64,000 nt of DNA. It comes from a bacterium (GTDB lineage: Bacteria; Zhuqueibacterota; Zhuqueibacteria; Residuimicrobiales; Krinioviventaceae). Below, one piece after another: positions 31,226-40,940 of the stretch. The DNA is taken from the NCBI GenBank assembly GCA_963674595.2, contig CAXXFV010000009.1, positions 32,001 through 96,000 of the forward strand. Direction: 5' to 3'. The translations under genes and the position numbers were made by a program. The notes under the pieces are model-generated. The model searched no databases. It was not told the DNA's origin and saw nothing but the letters and a program-made list of their open reading frames with translations. Numbering within the stretch: the first letter of the stretch is position 1; each line of letters opens with the position of its first letter.

Positions 31226-32275
31226 ATGGCTATTTCTCGCTCACCATATAATCCGATTATTTCACCCGAGGATGTTAAACCATCCCGGGAAGATTTTCAG
31301 GTTGTATGTGTTTTTAATGCCGGGGTAATCCGTTATAAAGAAAAAATATTGCTGTTAATGCGTGTTGCTGAAAAACCAAAAAATACGGATACATCGGTTG
31401 AGCTGGTTCCTGTTTTTGAACCTGGTGAAGGGAAAATTATTATAAAGTCTTTTCCAAAAAGTGATACGACAATTGATTTTTCTGATTCACGTTTTGTAAG
31501 AACTCCGACCGAACAATACCTGAGTTCCATTTCTCATATTCGTATAGCTGAAAGTACGGACGGTATTCATTTTGATATTCATGAACACCCTGCAATGGAA
31601 CCGGCTGATAAATATGAAATGTTTGGTATAGAAGATCCACGGATCGTTGAAATTGACGATACTTTTTATATTAACTATAGTGCGGTTTCTCCATTAGGAG
31701 CACAAATTGCACTTGCTTCAACCAAAGATTTTATCACATTTCAGCGGCATGGTATTATGTTTTGTCCGGATAACAGAGATGTTGAAATTTTCCCTGAAAA
31801 AATTAATGGTAAATATTATGCATTACACAGACCAAATTCCGGTGAATATAAAAAACGTGATGTCTGGATTGCCGAATCGAATGATTTGATATCATGGGGA
31901 AATCATAGACACGTAATGACTCCCCGGGCTCACAGTTGGGACAACGGCAGAGTCGGCGGCAGTGCGATTCCTATCCGGGTAAAAGACGGTTGGCTGGAAA
32001 TTTATCACGGCGCTGATGTTGATGATCGTTACTGCCTCGGAGCTGTTTTGCTGGATGAACATGAACCGTGGAAAGTATTAGCAAGATCAAAATTGCCTTT
32101 TATAGAACCTCAGGAAAATTATGAGATGGAAGGTTTTTTTGGCAACGCTATTTTTAATTGTGGTGTGCTTTTTGAAAATGATATCATCAAAATTTATTAT
32201 GGCGCAGCAGATACACATATATGCTATGCTGAAATTTTTCTTGATGATGTTTTAAAAGGTCTGGAACCCTGTTAA
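31226..32275 (+). CDS. GH130 beta-mannoside phosphorylase/glycosidase
   Basis: VFNAG, LLMRVAE, EDPRI, FPEKINGKYYALHRP, GWLEIYHG and IYYGAAD motifs. Confidence 0.92.
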   Translation: MAISRSPYNPIISPEDVKPSREDFQVVCVFNAGVIRYKEKILLLMRVAEKPKNTDTSVELVPVFEPGEGKIIIKSFPKSDTTIDFSDSRFVRTPTEQYLSSISHIRIAESTDGIHFDIHEHPAMEPADKYEMFGIEDPRIVEIDDTFYINYSAVSPLGAQIALASTKDFITFQRHGIMFCPDNRDVEIFPEKINGKYYALHRPNSGEYKKRDVWIAESNDLISWGNHRHVMTPRAHSWDNGRVGGSAIPIRVKDGWLEIYHGADVDDRYCLGAVLLDEHEPWKVLARSKLPFIEPQENYEMEGFFGNAIFNCGVLFENDIIKIYYGAADTHICYAEIFLDDVLKGLEPC

Positions 32276-32299
32276 TCCGCTGATATTTATATTAAAAAT

Positions 32300-32346
32300 A
32301 AATCCGGGTATGTTTGTAATTTACAAATGTCCCGGATTTTTTATTT
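32300..32346 (+). terminator. Intrinsic terminator ending the SSS-GH130 operon
   Basis: AAATCCGGG...CCCGGATTT stem followed by a T-run. Confidence 0.75.
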
Positions 32347-32840
32347 CCACTAATTTTTTTATCTGTTCACGTTCAGTACACTTGATACCGGCTGAACAGA
32401 TAAATATTCATTTCTAATAAAGTATAAAGGGGAGACATGTTTGCCATCGATTTTTCTGCAGGACGAAAATAAAAGTGCCGGTAATCATAGAGGAGGGTGA
32501 CTACCGGCTTGAGGGATACTGGAAACAAAGCATGTCAAAAGTTGGAAATTTTTATTGTAATGACTGATTTGATACTTGGATTTTATTATTTCAATATGTT
32601 CATCAACAATTATCAGGCCACTTTTTATGGTTTTGTAAAATATTGTTTTTGTGTTATTTGTATATTTCACGTAATTCAAAAGTTAGTAATAGTTTTTAAT
32701 AATTATTATTAATAATGATATTTTAATTTAAAACCTGAATTTTCTGATATATTGTCAGAGATTGCTTGAATTTTGTACAAGACTTTATTACTATGGGAGC
32801 ATAAAAAATAACAGATACTTTACAAAGCAGGTTTTATATT

Positions 32841-34127
32841 TTGGATATTCATACTAAAAAGGCAATGCGAAATATCATTGTCGCCCAATGTGCCGGTGTA
32901 CCGGCATCAATATTTTATTCAAATGGGGTCATGCTGGCTTTTTTATCCTCTTTGGGTTTTTCCAGTGCTGTGATTTTGCAATTACTTGCCCTTCCGAATT
33001 TTATTGCGTTGTTTGTGATGATTCCTGCGGCGTTACTTTCAGACCGTTATGGAAAAAAAATATGGGGTAATATTGGTTTGCTGGGAACGGTGGTCGGCTT
33101 TGCCTGTGTTGCCTTTGCCGGAAATGGTAACGTCCATTATGGTAAATTTTTAGCAATATTGGGAAATATTATATTTGGCATTGGATTGGCCATGTTCAAT
33201 TCAAACTGGTTTGCTCTGTTAAGCCCGATTATTCCCGAAAATATTATCGGACGTTTTTTTGGTAAATTACGTTTCTCCTGGCAATTTGTATCGATTGTGC
33301 TGACGTTGGTTACGACGGTTTTATTGAACAAATTTCACAATGAAAAATTGTTTCAATATATTTTTATTTTTATTGTGGTTACATTGTTTGTGAGGTTCTT
33401 GTTTTATCTCAAAATTCCTGAACTTGAAAAGCCTACCATGTCAAAACTGGCTCTTGTTTATCCTCTAAAACAAATTATAAAAAGTCCCGGTTTTATGCCG
33501 TTTTGTTCCTATACCTTTTTGCTGACATTGTGTACGGGAGCTTGTCCCTGGCTTTTCGGACTTTTGGAAAAGGATGTTTTACATTTTACAAATACCAATA
33601 TCGTGTTGATGGGAACATTGCTTTTAACCGGGTCTTTGATCGGTTTCATTCTGGGAGGGAGAATGGTTGACAAACGGGGAACACGATATGTATTTTTAAA
33701 CAGTCATTTATCCTATGGACTTGTTTTATTAATGTTTCTTTTTAGAGATTTTATACCGGTTTCAGAATTATTCTACATTGGATTATTAACCATGTTTTTT
33801 GGTTTTATACAGGCAGCATCCGGTATTGCCATTACTTCCGAATTGCTCAGTGTTATACCTGTTGAATATAAATCTCTTTCAACGGCATTTGCAACCACCT
33901 TAACAAGCAGTGCGTTGGCATTGTCCAGCCTTGCGTTTTCACAAATGTTAAATTCCGGGATGCTGACAAAAGAGTGGTATTTTTTCAGTCTCCCCATGAG
34001 TCAATATGATTCTATATTTTTAATATGCAGTTTGTTGATTATCCTGTTTATTGTCACTTTAGGGCTAATCCCTTCAGTGATTAAATCCGCTCAATGGATT
34101 CCAAGAAGCGGAATGCTGGATAGTTGA
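32841..34127 (+). CDS. MFS transporter
   Basis: About 12 TM segments with LSDRYGKK and MVDKRGTR motif-A loops. Confidence 0.85.
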   Translation: MDIHTKKAMRNIIVAQCAGVPASIFYSNGVMLAFLSSLGFSSAVILQLLALPNFIALFVMIPAALLSDRYGKKIWGNIGLLGTVVGFACVAFAGNGNVHYGKFLAILGNIIFGIGLAMFNSNWFALLSPIIPENIIGRFFGKLRFSWQFVSIVLTLVTTVLLNKFHNEKLFQYIFIFIVVTLFVRFLFYLKIPELEKPTMSKLALVYPLKQIIKSPGFMPFCSYTFLLTLCTGACPWLFGLLEKDVLHFTNTNIVLMGTLLLTGSLIGFILGGRMVDKRGTRYVFLNSHLSYGLVLLMFLFRDFIPVSELFYIGLLTMFFGFIQAASGIAITSELLSVIPVEYKSLSTAFATTLTSSALALSSLAFSQMLNSGMLTKEWYFFSLPMSQYDSIFLICSLLIILFIVTLGLIPSVIKSAQWIPRSGMLDS

Positions 34128-34297
34128 TTTTTTCAAGTTGATTAATTTTCGGAAAATTTGTTGTTATATAATCGATTTCGTAATTGAATAAAAATTTTTA
34201 ATTTTGCGTTATATTTGTATATAGGTGCTGTTTTTGAATCTTAAATATGATTTATGAATCTAATAAGAAAATAAAAATTTTACTCTGGAGATTTAAT

Positions 34298-34807
34298 ATG
34301 AAGTCCCGACTTTTTTACACGTTTTTGTTAATTGTTTTAGTACCTGTTCTGGCTGCTGCTGCCGGAAAGGGAACATGGCACAGTTTTGATGAAGGCATTA
34401 GTCTGGCCGCCAAACAAGACAAAACAATTCTAGTCGATTTTTATACAAATTGGTGCCACTGGTGCAAAGTTATGGATGAGAAAACTTTTCAAAACGAAAC
34501 TATTGCTAAAAAATTAAAAGATCGTTTTGTAACAGTTCGCCTGAATGCGGAAGATTCACAAAGTTATTCAAACTATCAGGGCGTCACTTATAGTAATGTT
34601 GAGTTAACCCGGGCTTTTGGAATTACCGGTTATCCTTCATTAGCTTTTCTGGATTCGAGCGGAAAACCAATAACTATTATCCCTGGTTTTGTACCACCGG
34701 AACAGTTTGTTGACATTTTGGATTATATCGATAAAAAATGTTATGCTAAAGATGTATCTTTTGAAGATTTTTTAAAAACAAAAGACTGTGGTGACAAGGC
34801 TGACTAG
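34298..34807 (+). CDS. Exported thioredoxin-fold protein (SoxW-like)
   Basis: WCHWC active site and cis-Pro GYP. GGAG RBS before the ATG at 34298 gives a signal peptide (track start 34247). Confidence 0.85.
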   Translation: MKSRLFYTFLLIVLVPVLAAAAGKGTWHSFDEGISLAAKQDKTILVDFYTNWCHWCKVMDEKTFQNETIAKKLKDRFVTVRLNAEDSQSYSNYQGVTYSNVELTRAFGITGYPSLAFLDSSGKPITIIPGFVPPEQFVDILDYIDKKCYAKDVSFEDFLKTKDCGDKAD

Positions 34808-34819
34808 TTGATTTTAGTG

Positions 34820-34858
34820 GATGCAGATTTTTATTGAATATTAAAATCTGCATCTTTA
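34820..34858 (+). terminator. Probable terminator
   Basis: GATGCAGATTTT...AAAATCTGCATC stem followed by TTT. Confidence 0.65.
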
Positions 34859-34913
34859 TCTTGAGCATATTCTTCCTTTTAATTATTAAATATTTCCCAA
34901 ATTAAGAGTTTGT

Positions 34914-36338
34914 ATGACTATGAATAACCGGATTAAGCCACTATTGTTTATCGGATGTGGAGTATTAATCGTTATATCGGCGTTTTTATGGCATGTTCCG
35001 GTTCAGGTTGTTGATTCTCTCACAAAAGAACCTGTTTCAGATATTTCCGTTCATATTTCATGGATTAGAATTGTTTTTGAACCTTTTTTTGGTCCCTGGT
35101 TTTATCTTTTGCGGGCAGACCAGCCCTTGTTACAGGCTGTTGTTGTATTTTGGTGGGGTGTCATTTTTCTTTTATTTTTTTATTTTTACAAAGCCGTCAA
35201 AAGTTACAAATCTTTAAAAACGGCAATTTACATTTCGTTTTTAAAATGGATTAAAGTTTTTCCGCTTGTGCTTGTAGTTTGGATGTTTATTGTTTTTGCC
35301 CTCGTATTTCTACCATTACCGACAAATAGCATAAAAAATTTCAATCCTGAATGGGTATTGGTTAATGCCCATAGTCATTCTCATTACAGCCATGACGGTG
35401 TTATCTCTCAAAAAAGGCTGATGAAATGGCACGAGAAAAACGGTTTTGATGCTTTTTTTCTCACGGAACATAATAATCACTTGAAAACACTTGAATTAAT
35501 AGGCGCACAAAAAAGCGGTGAAATACCTGAAACCCCTTTGGTTTTATGCGGTCAGGAATATTCCGGCAGTATCCATATTTTGTTACTGGGATTAACACAG
35601 GATTTTCTAACAAAGGACATACCGGACTCTACAGCCATTAACACAGCCCATTCTCAAAATGGAATCAGTATCATTCCTCACTGGTTTGACAAATGTAAAA
35701 ATACTGTAGACTATTACATACAACAGGGTACTGACGGGTATGAAATTGCCAATCAGGGAGAAGGCATTCAATATGATCCAAAGGTTATTAAAGAAATCGT
35801 AGAGAAATGCCGGGAACATGGATTGATTTTATTGGGAAATTGTGATTACCACGGATATGGAAACGCCGCTTTTGTTTGGAATGCACTGTATATTCCAAAT
35901 TGGAAACAGCTTGATCAGGATGGAAAACGAAATGAGATTATGGAAATTTTCAGAAACCGGGAAAATGACCGTATTCGTACCTTTAATTATTCTGACAGGA
36001 CTGTTTTTTCTCTCAAGTACTTACCGATTAGTCCTGTTTATAATTTAAGCTATTTTCGAACACTCGATATTTTTCAAGTCTTGTCATGGTTGGTTTGGCT
36101 TGGATTTGGATATATTCTTTTTATTAAAACCAATTTTTTCCAAACAAGAATTTTGCCGTTTATTTCCCTGGCAAGTTCTGTTTTTATCGTTGTCCTGGGA
36201 ATTGTTTTTTTGAGGCAGGGTGTTAAGTTGGGCGACTATAATCATATCTATACTGATTATGGAAATTATTTTCTTTGGGGCGGTCTTTTTTTTCTAATAT
36301 ACTCTCTTTTGGCATTAAAATTTTTTAAAAAAAATTAG
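34914..36338 (+). CDS. Membrane-anchored PHP-domain phosphoesterase
   Basis: HSHSHYSHDG, TEHN, GQEY and DYH metal-binding motifs, with TM helices on both sides. Confidence 0.8.
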   Translation: MTMNNRIKPLLFIGCGVLIVISAFLWHVPVQVVDSLTKEPVSDISVHISWIRIVFEPFFGPWFYLLRADQPLLQAVVVFWWGVIFLLFFYFYKAVKSYKSLKTAIYISFLKWIKVFPLVLVVWMFIVFALVFLPLPTNSIKNFNPEWVLVNAHSHSHYSHDGVISQKRLMKWHEKNGFDAFFLTEHNNHLKTLELIGAQKSGEIPETPLVLCGQEYSGSIHILLLGLTQDFLTKDIPDSTAINTAHSQNGISIIPHWFDKCKNTVDYYIQQGTDGYEIANQGEGIQYDPKVIKEIVEKCREHGLILLGNCDYHGYGNAAFVWNALYIPNWKQLDQDGKRNEIMEIFRNRENDRIRTFNYSDRTVFSLKYLPISPVYNLSYFRTLDIFQVLSWLVWLGFGYILFIKTNFFQTRILPFISLASSVFIVVLGIVFLRQGVKLGDYNHIYTDYGNYFLWGGLFFLIYSLLALKFFKKN

Positions 36339-36381
36339 AAAAATTTTTTCGCAAAAAAACAGTTCTGCTTGTAAATAATAA

Positions 36382-36410
36382 TTGCATAGTAAGAACCTAT
36401 GTGATATAGT
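36382..36410 (+). promoter_or_regulatory. Sigma70-type promoter upstream of spoVG
   Basis: TTGCAT-N17-TATAGT with an extended TG before the -10. Confidence 0.6.
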
Positions 36411-36600
36411 ACAAACAGTTTAGATTGTTTTGACCCCTGCCAATTTTATATCCTGGGCAAGGTATAGAGTTCAAAAGTCAAAACAGAAAAGGTTCAATGC
36501 AACAGAGGAAAGTAAATCGTGTGCAGCATGGCCATGTGTGGTGGTTTTGTATGCATGAGGGTCAACCTATGAATGCAACAAGGAAGTGGTGAGGGGTTGT

Positions 36601-36927
36601 ATGGAAATTACTGAAATCAGTATCAGGCTGCGAAACGAACCAAAATTAAAAGCGTTCGTAAACGTTACTTTTGATAATGTTTTTGCTATCAAAGGTCTAA
36701 AAATCATCCATAGTAAAAAAGGTTTTCTATTGTGTATGCCGTCAAGAAGAGCTGAAGACGGCACACAGCGAGATATCGCGCATCCGATTTCCCGCACTTT
36801 TCGCGAAAAACTCGAACACGAAGTTTTGGACGAATACAAAAGAGCGGTCAAGAGAGCCGAACGTGGTGATTTTAAAGTCCTTGATGAAGAAATGGACTCT
36901 TGGACATTAACTTCAGATCGGAATTAA
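36601..36927 (+). CDS. spoVG: SpoVG family nucleic-acid-binding protein
   Basis: MEITEISIR..PKLKAFVNVTFDNVFAIKGLKII...MPSRR..DG..RDIAHPI. GAGGGG RBS. Confidence 0.93.
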   Translation: MEITEISIRLRNEPKLKAFVNVTFDNVFAIKGLKIIHSKKGFLLCMPSRRAEDGTQRDIAHPISRTFREKLEHEVLDEYKRAVKRAERGDFKVLDEEMDSWTLTSDRN

Positions 36928-36985
36928 CATCAATCAAAAGAATTTGATCAATGATCCTTTGAGATCATTTTACAATTCTGGTTAT

Positions 36986-37018
36986 AAAAAGGCTAAATAT
37001 TTAGCCTTTTTTCTTTTT
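36986..37018 (+). terminator. Intrinsic terminator, possibly bidirectional
   Basis: AAAAAGGCTAAATATTTAGCCTTTTT palindrome followed by a T-tract. Confidence 0.8.
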
Positions 37019-37062
37019 ATCTCCAATTTACTGTATTAGAGCCAATATGAAAATAGCATCAA

Positions 37063-39603
37063 TTGTCAAGCCTAAACAGGAGCCTCATTAGAATGTATGT
37101 GAGAAATACTGTAATATTTTTAATCAATTTATTTATAGGTGTTCATTTATTATCAGCCGCTGAGATAATGTATGAAAAGGATTGGGATAGACTTGTTTCC
37201 GGGGGACAAGCTGCACGATTGACCCGGGGTATTACAGAAGACCCTGTTTCAACAAATTTGTCTGAAAAAACAATAGAGACAATATTTGAATCCTTGAGGT
37301 TGCCTGTTCCCGAACAGAATCTGTTAACAATTTGGATCAACACCATTAAAAGCTACGGATGGGCACAATTTGAAACAGAGCCTGAATATCAGGATTATGC
37401 GGCCGTTCAAATTTTGGTTTTAAATCATTTTGGTGAACGCGTTGTCGCGCGTCAGTTTGATGAGCAGGGGAAAATTGCCGAAATTAGATGTGACCTTGAC
37501 GGAAACGGACTCTCTTTAAAACGTTTACAACAGCCTCAAGACAATGACCGGACTGTTTTTAGTACTGTTAAATCGCCCATTACATTTGTTTTAAATCAGG
37601 AACATTTTGAAAAATTTTTCTTTGAATCTCTCATAAATCTGGAATATCCGGGGTTTGAAAAAATAAAAAAAGCCTATAGTGAGAAAAAAACATTACTGGC
37701 TGTTTATGAACTGGCAGAATATTTTCGAAACAAACAAAGCAATATTTGGCCTGTTATTGAGCCGTCACATGATAACTTGATAAACGATGCTGCAGAAATG
37801 GTATTAAATCATCAGTTTGAATATAATGATCAACTTGTAACCTATGGTGACCATATCAACTGGTTTGATAACCCGATAGATGATTCAGAATGGCTGTGGA
37901 CGCTTAACCGCATGCCTCACTGGAAAACGCTTTTGCAGGGATATATTGAAACGACAAATGAATCCTATGCTCAAGAGTATAACGACGAGGTTTTGGATTG
38001 GATCATTCGAAATCCGGCGCCTGCTTTTCGACTTACCAGGGTCCCGGCATGGCGTAATTTGGAAGCGGGTATTCGCTGTTCGTCTGTCTGGCCGGAAACT
38101 TTATATGGATTTTTAGCATCACCGTCTTTTCAAGCTCACACAATTCAATTGATGCTTGCTTCATTATGGAGCCATGCTGAACATATTTATAAATTTCCTT
38201 CAGGCATGCGTTTTGTAAATAATTGGGTCATCATTGAATCTAGCGGACTTGCTGTTGTGGGAATGGGGTTTCCGGAATTTATAAATTCCGAAAAGTGGTC
38301 TGCTGAAGGACTTTCAAGGTTATCCGAGCAATTGGCAAAACAGGTTTACCCGGATGGTGTACAGCATGAGTTAGCCTCAGGGTATCATCTTTCCTGCCTG
38401 AGCAGTTTTTGCACGGCCTATGAAATCGCCAAAAAGAACAATGTGCAGATACCGGATAGTTACAGCACTACCTTGGAAAAAATGTTTGATTATTTACTTT
38501 ATGCAGCAACACCTTCCAGGGAATTGCCGCCTACTAATGACTCTTTTCGCAGTAATATTGTTACGTGGTTAAAAAAGGGTGCCGCACTTTTTAACAGACC
38601 GGATATGTTGTTTGTCGCTGAAAACGGACAGGAAGGCACCATGCCGGAAAAAACTTCCTATCATTTCCCGCATGCCGGACAAAGCATTATGCGCAGTAAC
38701 TGGTCTAAAAACGCCCTTTATTTGTTTTTTGATGCCGGTCCCTACGGTGTCAGCCATCAGCATGAAGATAAACTGCATATCGATGTATCCGCCTATGGCC
38801 GTGATTTTATTACAGACGCAGGAAAAGGGTCCTATGTTCCGGATAAATGGCGGTCCTATTTTACATCAACGGCGGCACACAATACCATTCTGATTGACGG
38901 CCTGGGACAAAATCGCAATGATAAAAAGGAAACTCACCGGTATAATACAAATGATAACTATTGGTTTACCGGAGATTCTGTTGATTTTGCCTATGGTTTT
39001 TATAACGATGGATATGGGCCCCAAAAGATAAATGTTGAACATAAAAGATTTATATTTTTCAAAAAAAATGAATATTGGCTTGTTTTGGACCTTTTGGATG
39101 GTTTACAATCTCAAAAGTTCGATGTTTTATACCATTTTCTGCCATGTGATTTTGATATTGATCCTGATAACAAGATGATCAGTACAACATTTTCCGACGG
39201 CAAGAATATTCTTTTATGTTCGCAAGGAACTGTTCCTCTTGAAACAAGTATCATTAAAGGACAGGAGGGACCGGAGCAGGGTTGGATATCAACAGCAACT
39301 GAAAAACGCCTTGAAGCGCCCACAGTTGTTTTTAGCGGTGAAAGTCAATTACCTGTCCTTGTAGCAACGCTGATAAAACCGTTCCAGGGAAATATGGATG
39401 CGAACGTAAATATCACCATTTCCCGGTCACCAGAGTACCAGGCCGCCGTTATTATTCATGCCGATTGGGGTGAAGATTGGTGGGTCGTTAATCTTAAAAA
39501 TGAAAACAAAATTACAATCGGTGTTGTGGATGAAAAAGCCAAATTCGGTTTTTGGCGAATTGTTAATGAGAATATTGTTCAGGAAATTCTCAAGGATTTT
39601 TAG
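37063..39603 (+). CDS. Heparinase II/III-like polysaccharide lyase with N-terminal extension
   Basis: WRNLEAGIR, NNW, PDGVQHELASGYH, HQHEDKL and AHNTILIDG motifs. Start may be the ATG at 37093. Confidence 0.85.
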   Translation: MSSLNRSLIRMYVRNTVIFLINLFIGVHLLSAAEIMYEKDWDRLVSGGQAARLTRGITEDPVSTNLSEKTIETIFESLRLPVPEQNLLTIWINTIKSYGWAQFETEPEYQDYAAVQILVLNHFGERVVARQFDEQGKIAEIRCDLDGNGLSLKRLQQPQDNDRTVFSTVKSPITFVLNQEHFEKFFFESLINLEYPGFEKIKKAYSEKKTLLAVYELAEYFRNKQSNIWPVIEPSHDNLINDAAEMVLNHQFEYNDQLVTYGDHINWFDNPIDDSEWLWTLNRMPHWKTLLQGYIETTNESYAQEYNDEVLDWIIRNPAPAFRLTRVPAWRNLEAGIRCSSVWPETLYGFLASPSFQAHTIQLMLASLWSHAEHIYKFPSGMRFVNNWVIIESSGLAVVGMGFPEFINSEKWSAEGLSRLSEQLAKQVYPDGVQHELASGYHLSCLSSFCTAYEIAKKNNVQIPDSYSTTLEKMFDYLLYAATPSRELPPTNDSFRSNIVTWLKKGAALFNRPDMLFVAENGQEGTMPEKTSYHFPHAGQSIMRSNWSKNALYLFFDAGPYGVSHQHEDKLHIDVSAYGRDFITDAGKGSYVPDKWRSYFTSTAAHNTILIDGLGQNRNDKKETHRYNTNDNYWFTGDSVDFAYGFYNDGYGPQKINVEHKRFIFFKKNEYWLVLDLLDGLQSQKFDVLYHFLPCDFDIDPDNKMISTTFSDGKNILLCSQGTVPLETSIIKGQEGPEQGWISTATEKRLEAPTVVFSGESQLPVLVATLIKPFQGNMDANVNITISRSPEYQAAVIIHADWGEDWWVVNLKNENKITIGVVDEKAKFGFWRIVNENIVQEILKDF

Positions 39604-39710
39604 AATTATTAAAAACATTACGTTTTGTTTTTTAAGTAAAAATTTTTATCTTTTATTCGAATGTTTTTAGTGATTCTCAAAAAATATTGATTGTGGGAGG
39701 ATATAGAATA

Positions 39711-40727
39711 ATGCTTCCAATTCTTTTAACTAAAAAGAATAAGCTGTTTTTTTCATGTTTAATATTTTGCCTTGTCGTTTTTCAATGCTTTTTAGTTTAT
39801 GCGGAAAATGCGCCTAAAATGATTATTGAAAATGACGACATTGATATTGGCTTTGTCAATCCCGGTGAGGATGCTGTTGCCGAATTTTTGGTTATTAATA
39901 AAGGTGATGCTGACCTGGTGTTGGATAAAGTAAAACCTACGTGAGGCTGCACAGTGGCCAAATATGATTCGGTCATCCCGCCTGGTCAGACGGGAAAAAT
40001 AATTGCAAAATTAAAAACAAAAACATATCGTGGAAAAGTTCGAAAAAGTATTCGTGTGGTTTCCAATGATCCAAAGGAGCCGTCCCGATTTTTATCGTTA
40101 AATTGTGTCATTCGTGGCATCAAAATGTTTCCATCGTCCCGTCTTTATTTTACCGTGTTTGAAGGACAACCGCAAGCCCGTGAAATAACATTGGCAACAG
40201 TAGGAGAGGATGAAATTAAGGTTAAAATTGACAAAGGTGATTTTGACGGAGAAATTTCGCTGGTTAAACTGGACCAACCAAAACCGGATGATGATAATGA
40301 TTATTGGAACCAATATAAAATGACCTTTACATTGCCTGTTGACGAAAAAGAGGGCCGTTTTAATGGTAAAATAAAATTAAGCACAAACAGTAAATATGAT
40401 CCTGAAACAGAACTTTATTATTTAGTAACAGTCAACTCTTCCATTAATATTAATCCTCAAAATTTGAACTTTGACGATAATAATATTCAGCATTCTGTTT
40501 TTGTAAATAATAAGTTCGGTGATGATCTGAAAATTTTGGATGTTAAAGTTGAGCCGAATGTTATTGCTGTAGAGATTGAACAATTGGAACCGGGCCTGCA
40601 ATATGTGTTAAAATGTAAAAAACAAAATGGTTCGGAGGACGCTCCTGTTAAAGGTAAAATTCAGATAAAAACAAACAATCATTTTCACTCTAAAATAGTC
40701 ATTCCATTTACAATTACCGGTTCGTAA
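39711..40727 (+). CDS. DUF1573-type secreted Ig-like protein with an in-frame UGA (probable selenocysteine, U-G-C-T motif)
   Basis: Track ORFs 39687..39944 and 39954..40727 share a frame. The junction reads KVKPT-TGA(39942-39944)-GGC-TGC-ACA-GTG, at the position of the family CGCT motif. GGGAGG RBS before the ATG at 39711. Confidence 0.85.
39955..39995 (+). promoter_or_regulatory. Candidate bacterial SECIS hairpin(s)
   Basis: TGGCC...GGTCA (39955-39975) and TCCCG-c-CT-GGTC-AG-a-CGGGA (39976-39995, G-initiated loop) lie just downstream of the UGA. Confidence 0.5.
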
Positions 40728-40747
40728 TAATATGCAAAGGTAACGAA

Positions 40748-40937
40748 ATGAAGATAAAGCTGATGGTTTTGGCGCTTTTGTTTGCGGGAACATCACATGC
40801 CGGGGACAAATGGGTATGTAAAATTTTACCATCAGAACATAATGTTAGCTGAAACTCTGACAGACACAGCATGGAATATACTTGAAAAAAATGGCAATCC
40901 GGATGTTTGTATTGCCGGAATAATAAATGACTGGTAA
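40748..40937 (+). pseudogene. Possible gene remnant: signal peptide followed by a frameshifted short frame
   Basis: MKIKLMVLALLFAGTSHA is a good signal peptide, but that frame stops at 40852. Another frame reads YVKFYHQNIMLAETLTDTAWNILEKNGNPDVCIAGIINDW. Confidence 0.3.
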
Positions 40938-40940
40938 AAA

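Noticed and set aside
32485-32712. Short opposing ORFs of 64 and 71 aa
   Set aside because: Low-complexity AT-rich translations with no family features. The hairpins explain the region better.
40850-40852. Second possible Sec codon in the small signal-peptide ORF
   Set aside because: There is no Cys/redox context, and another stop follows about ten codons later.
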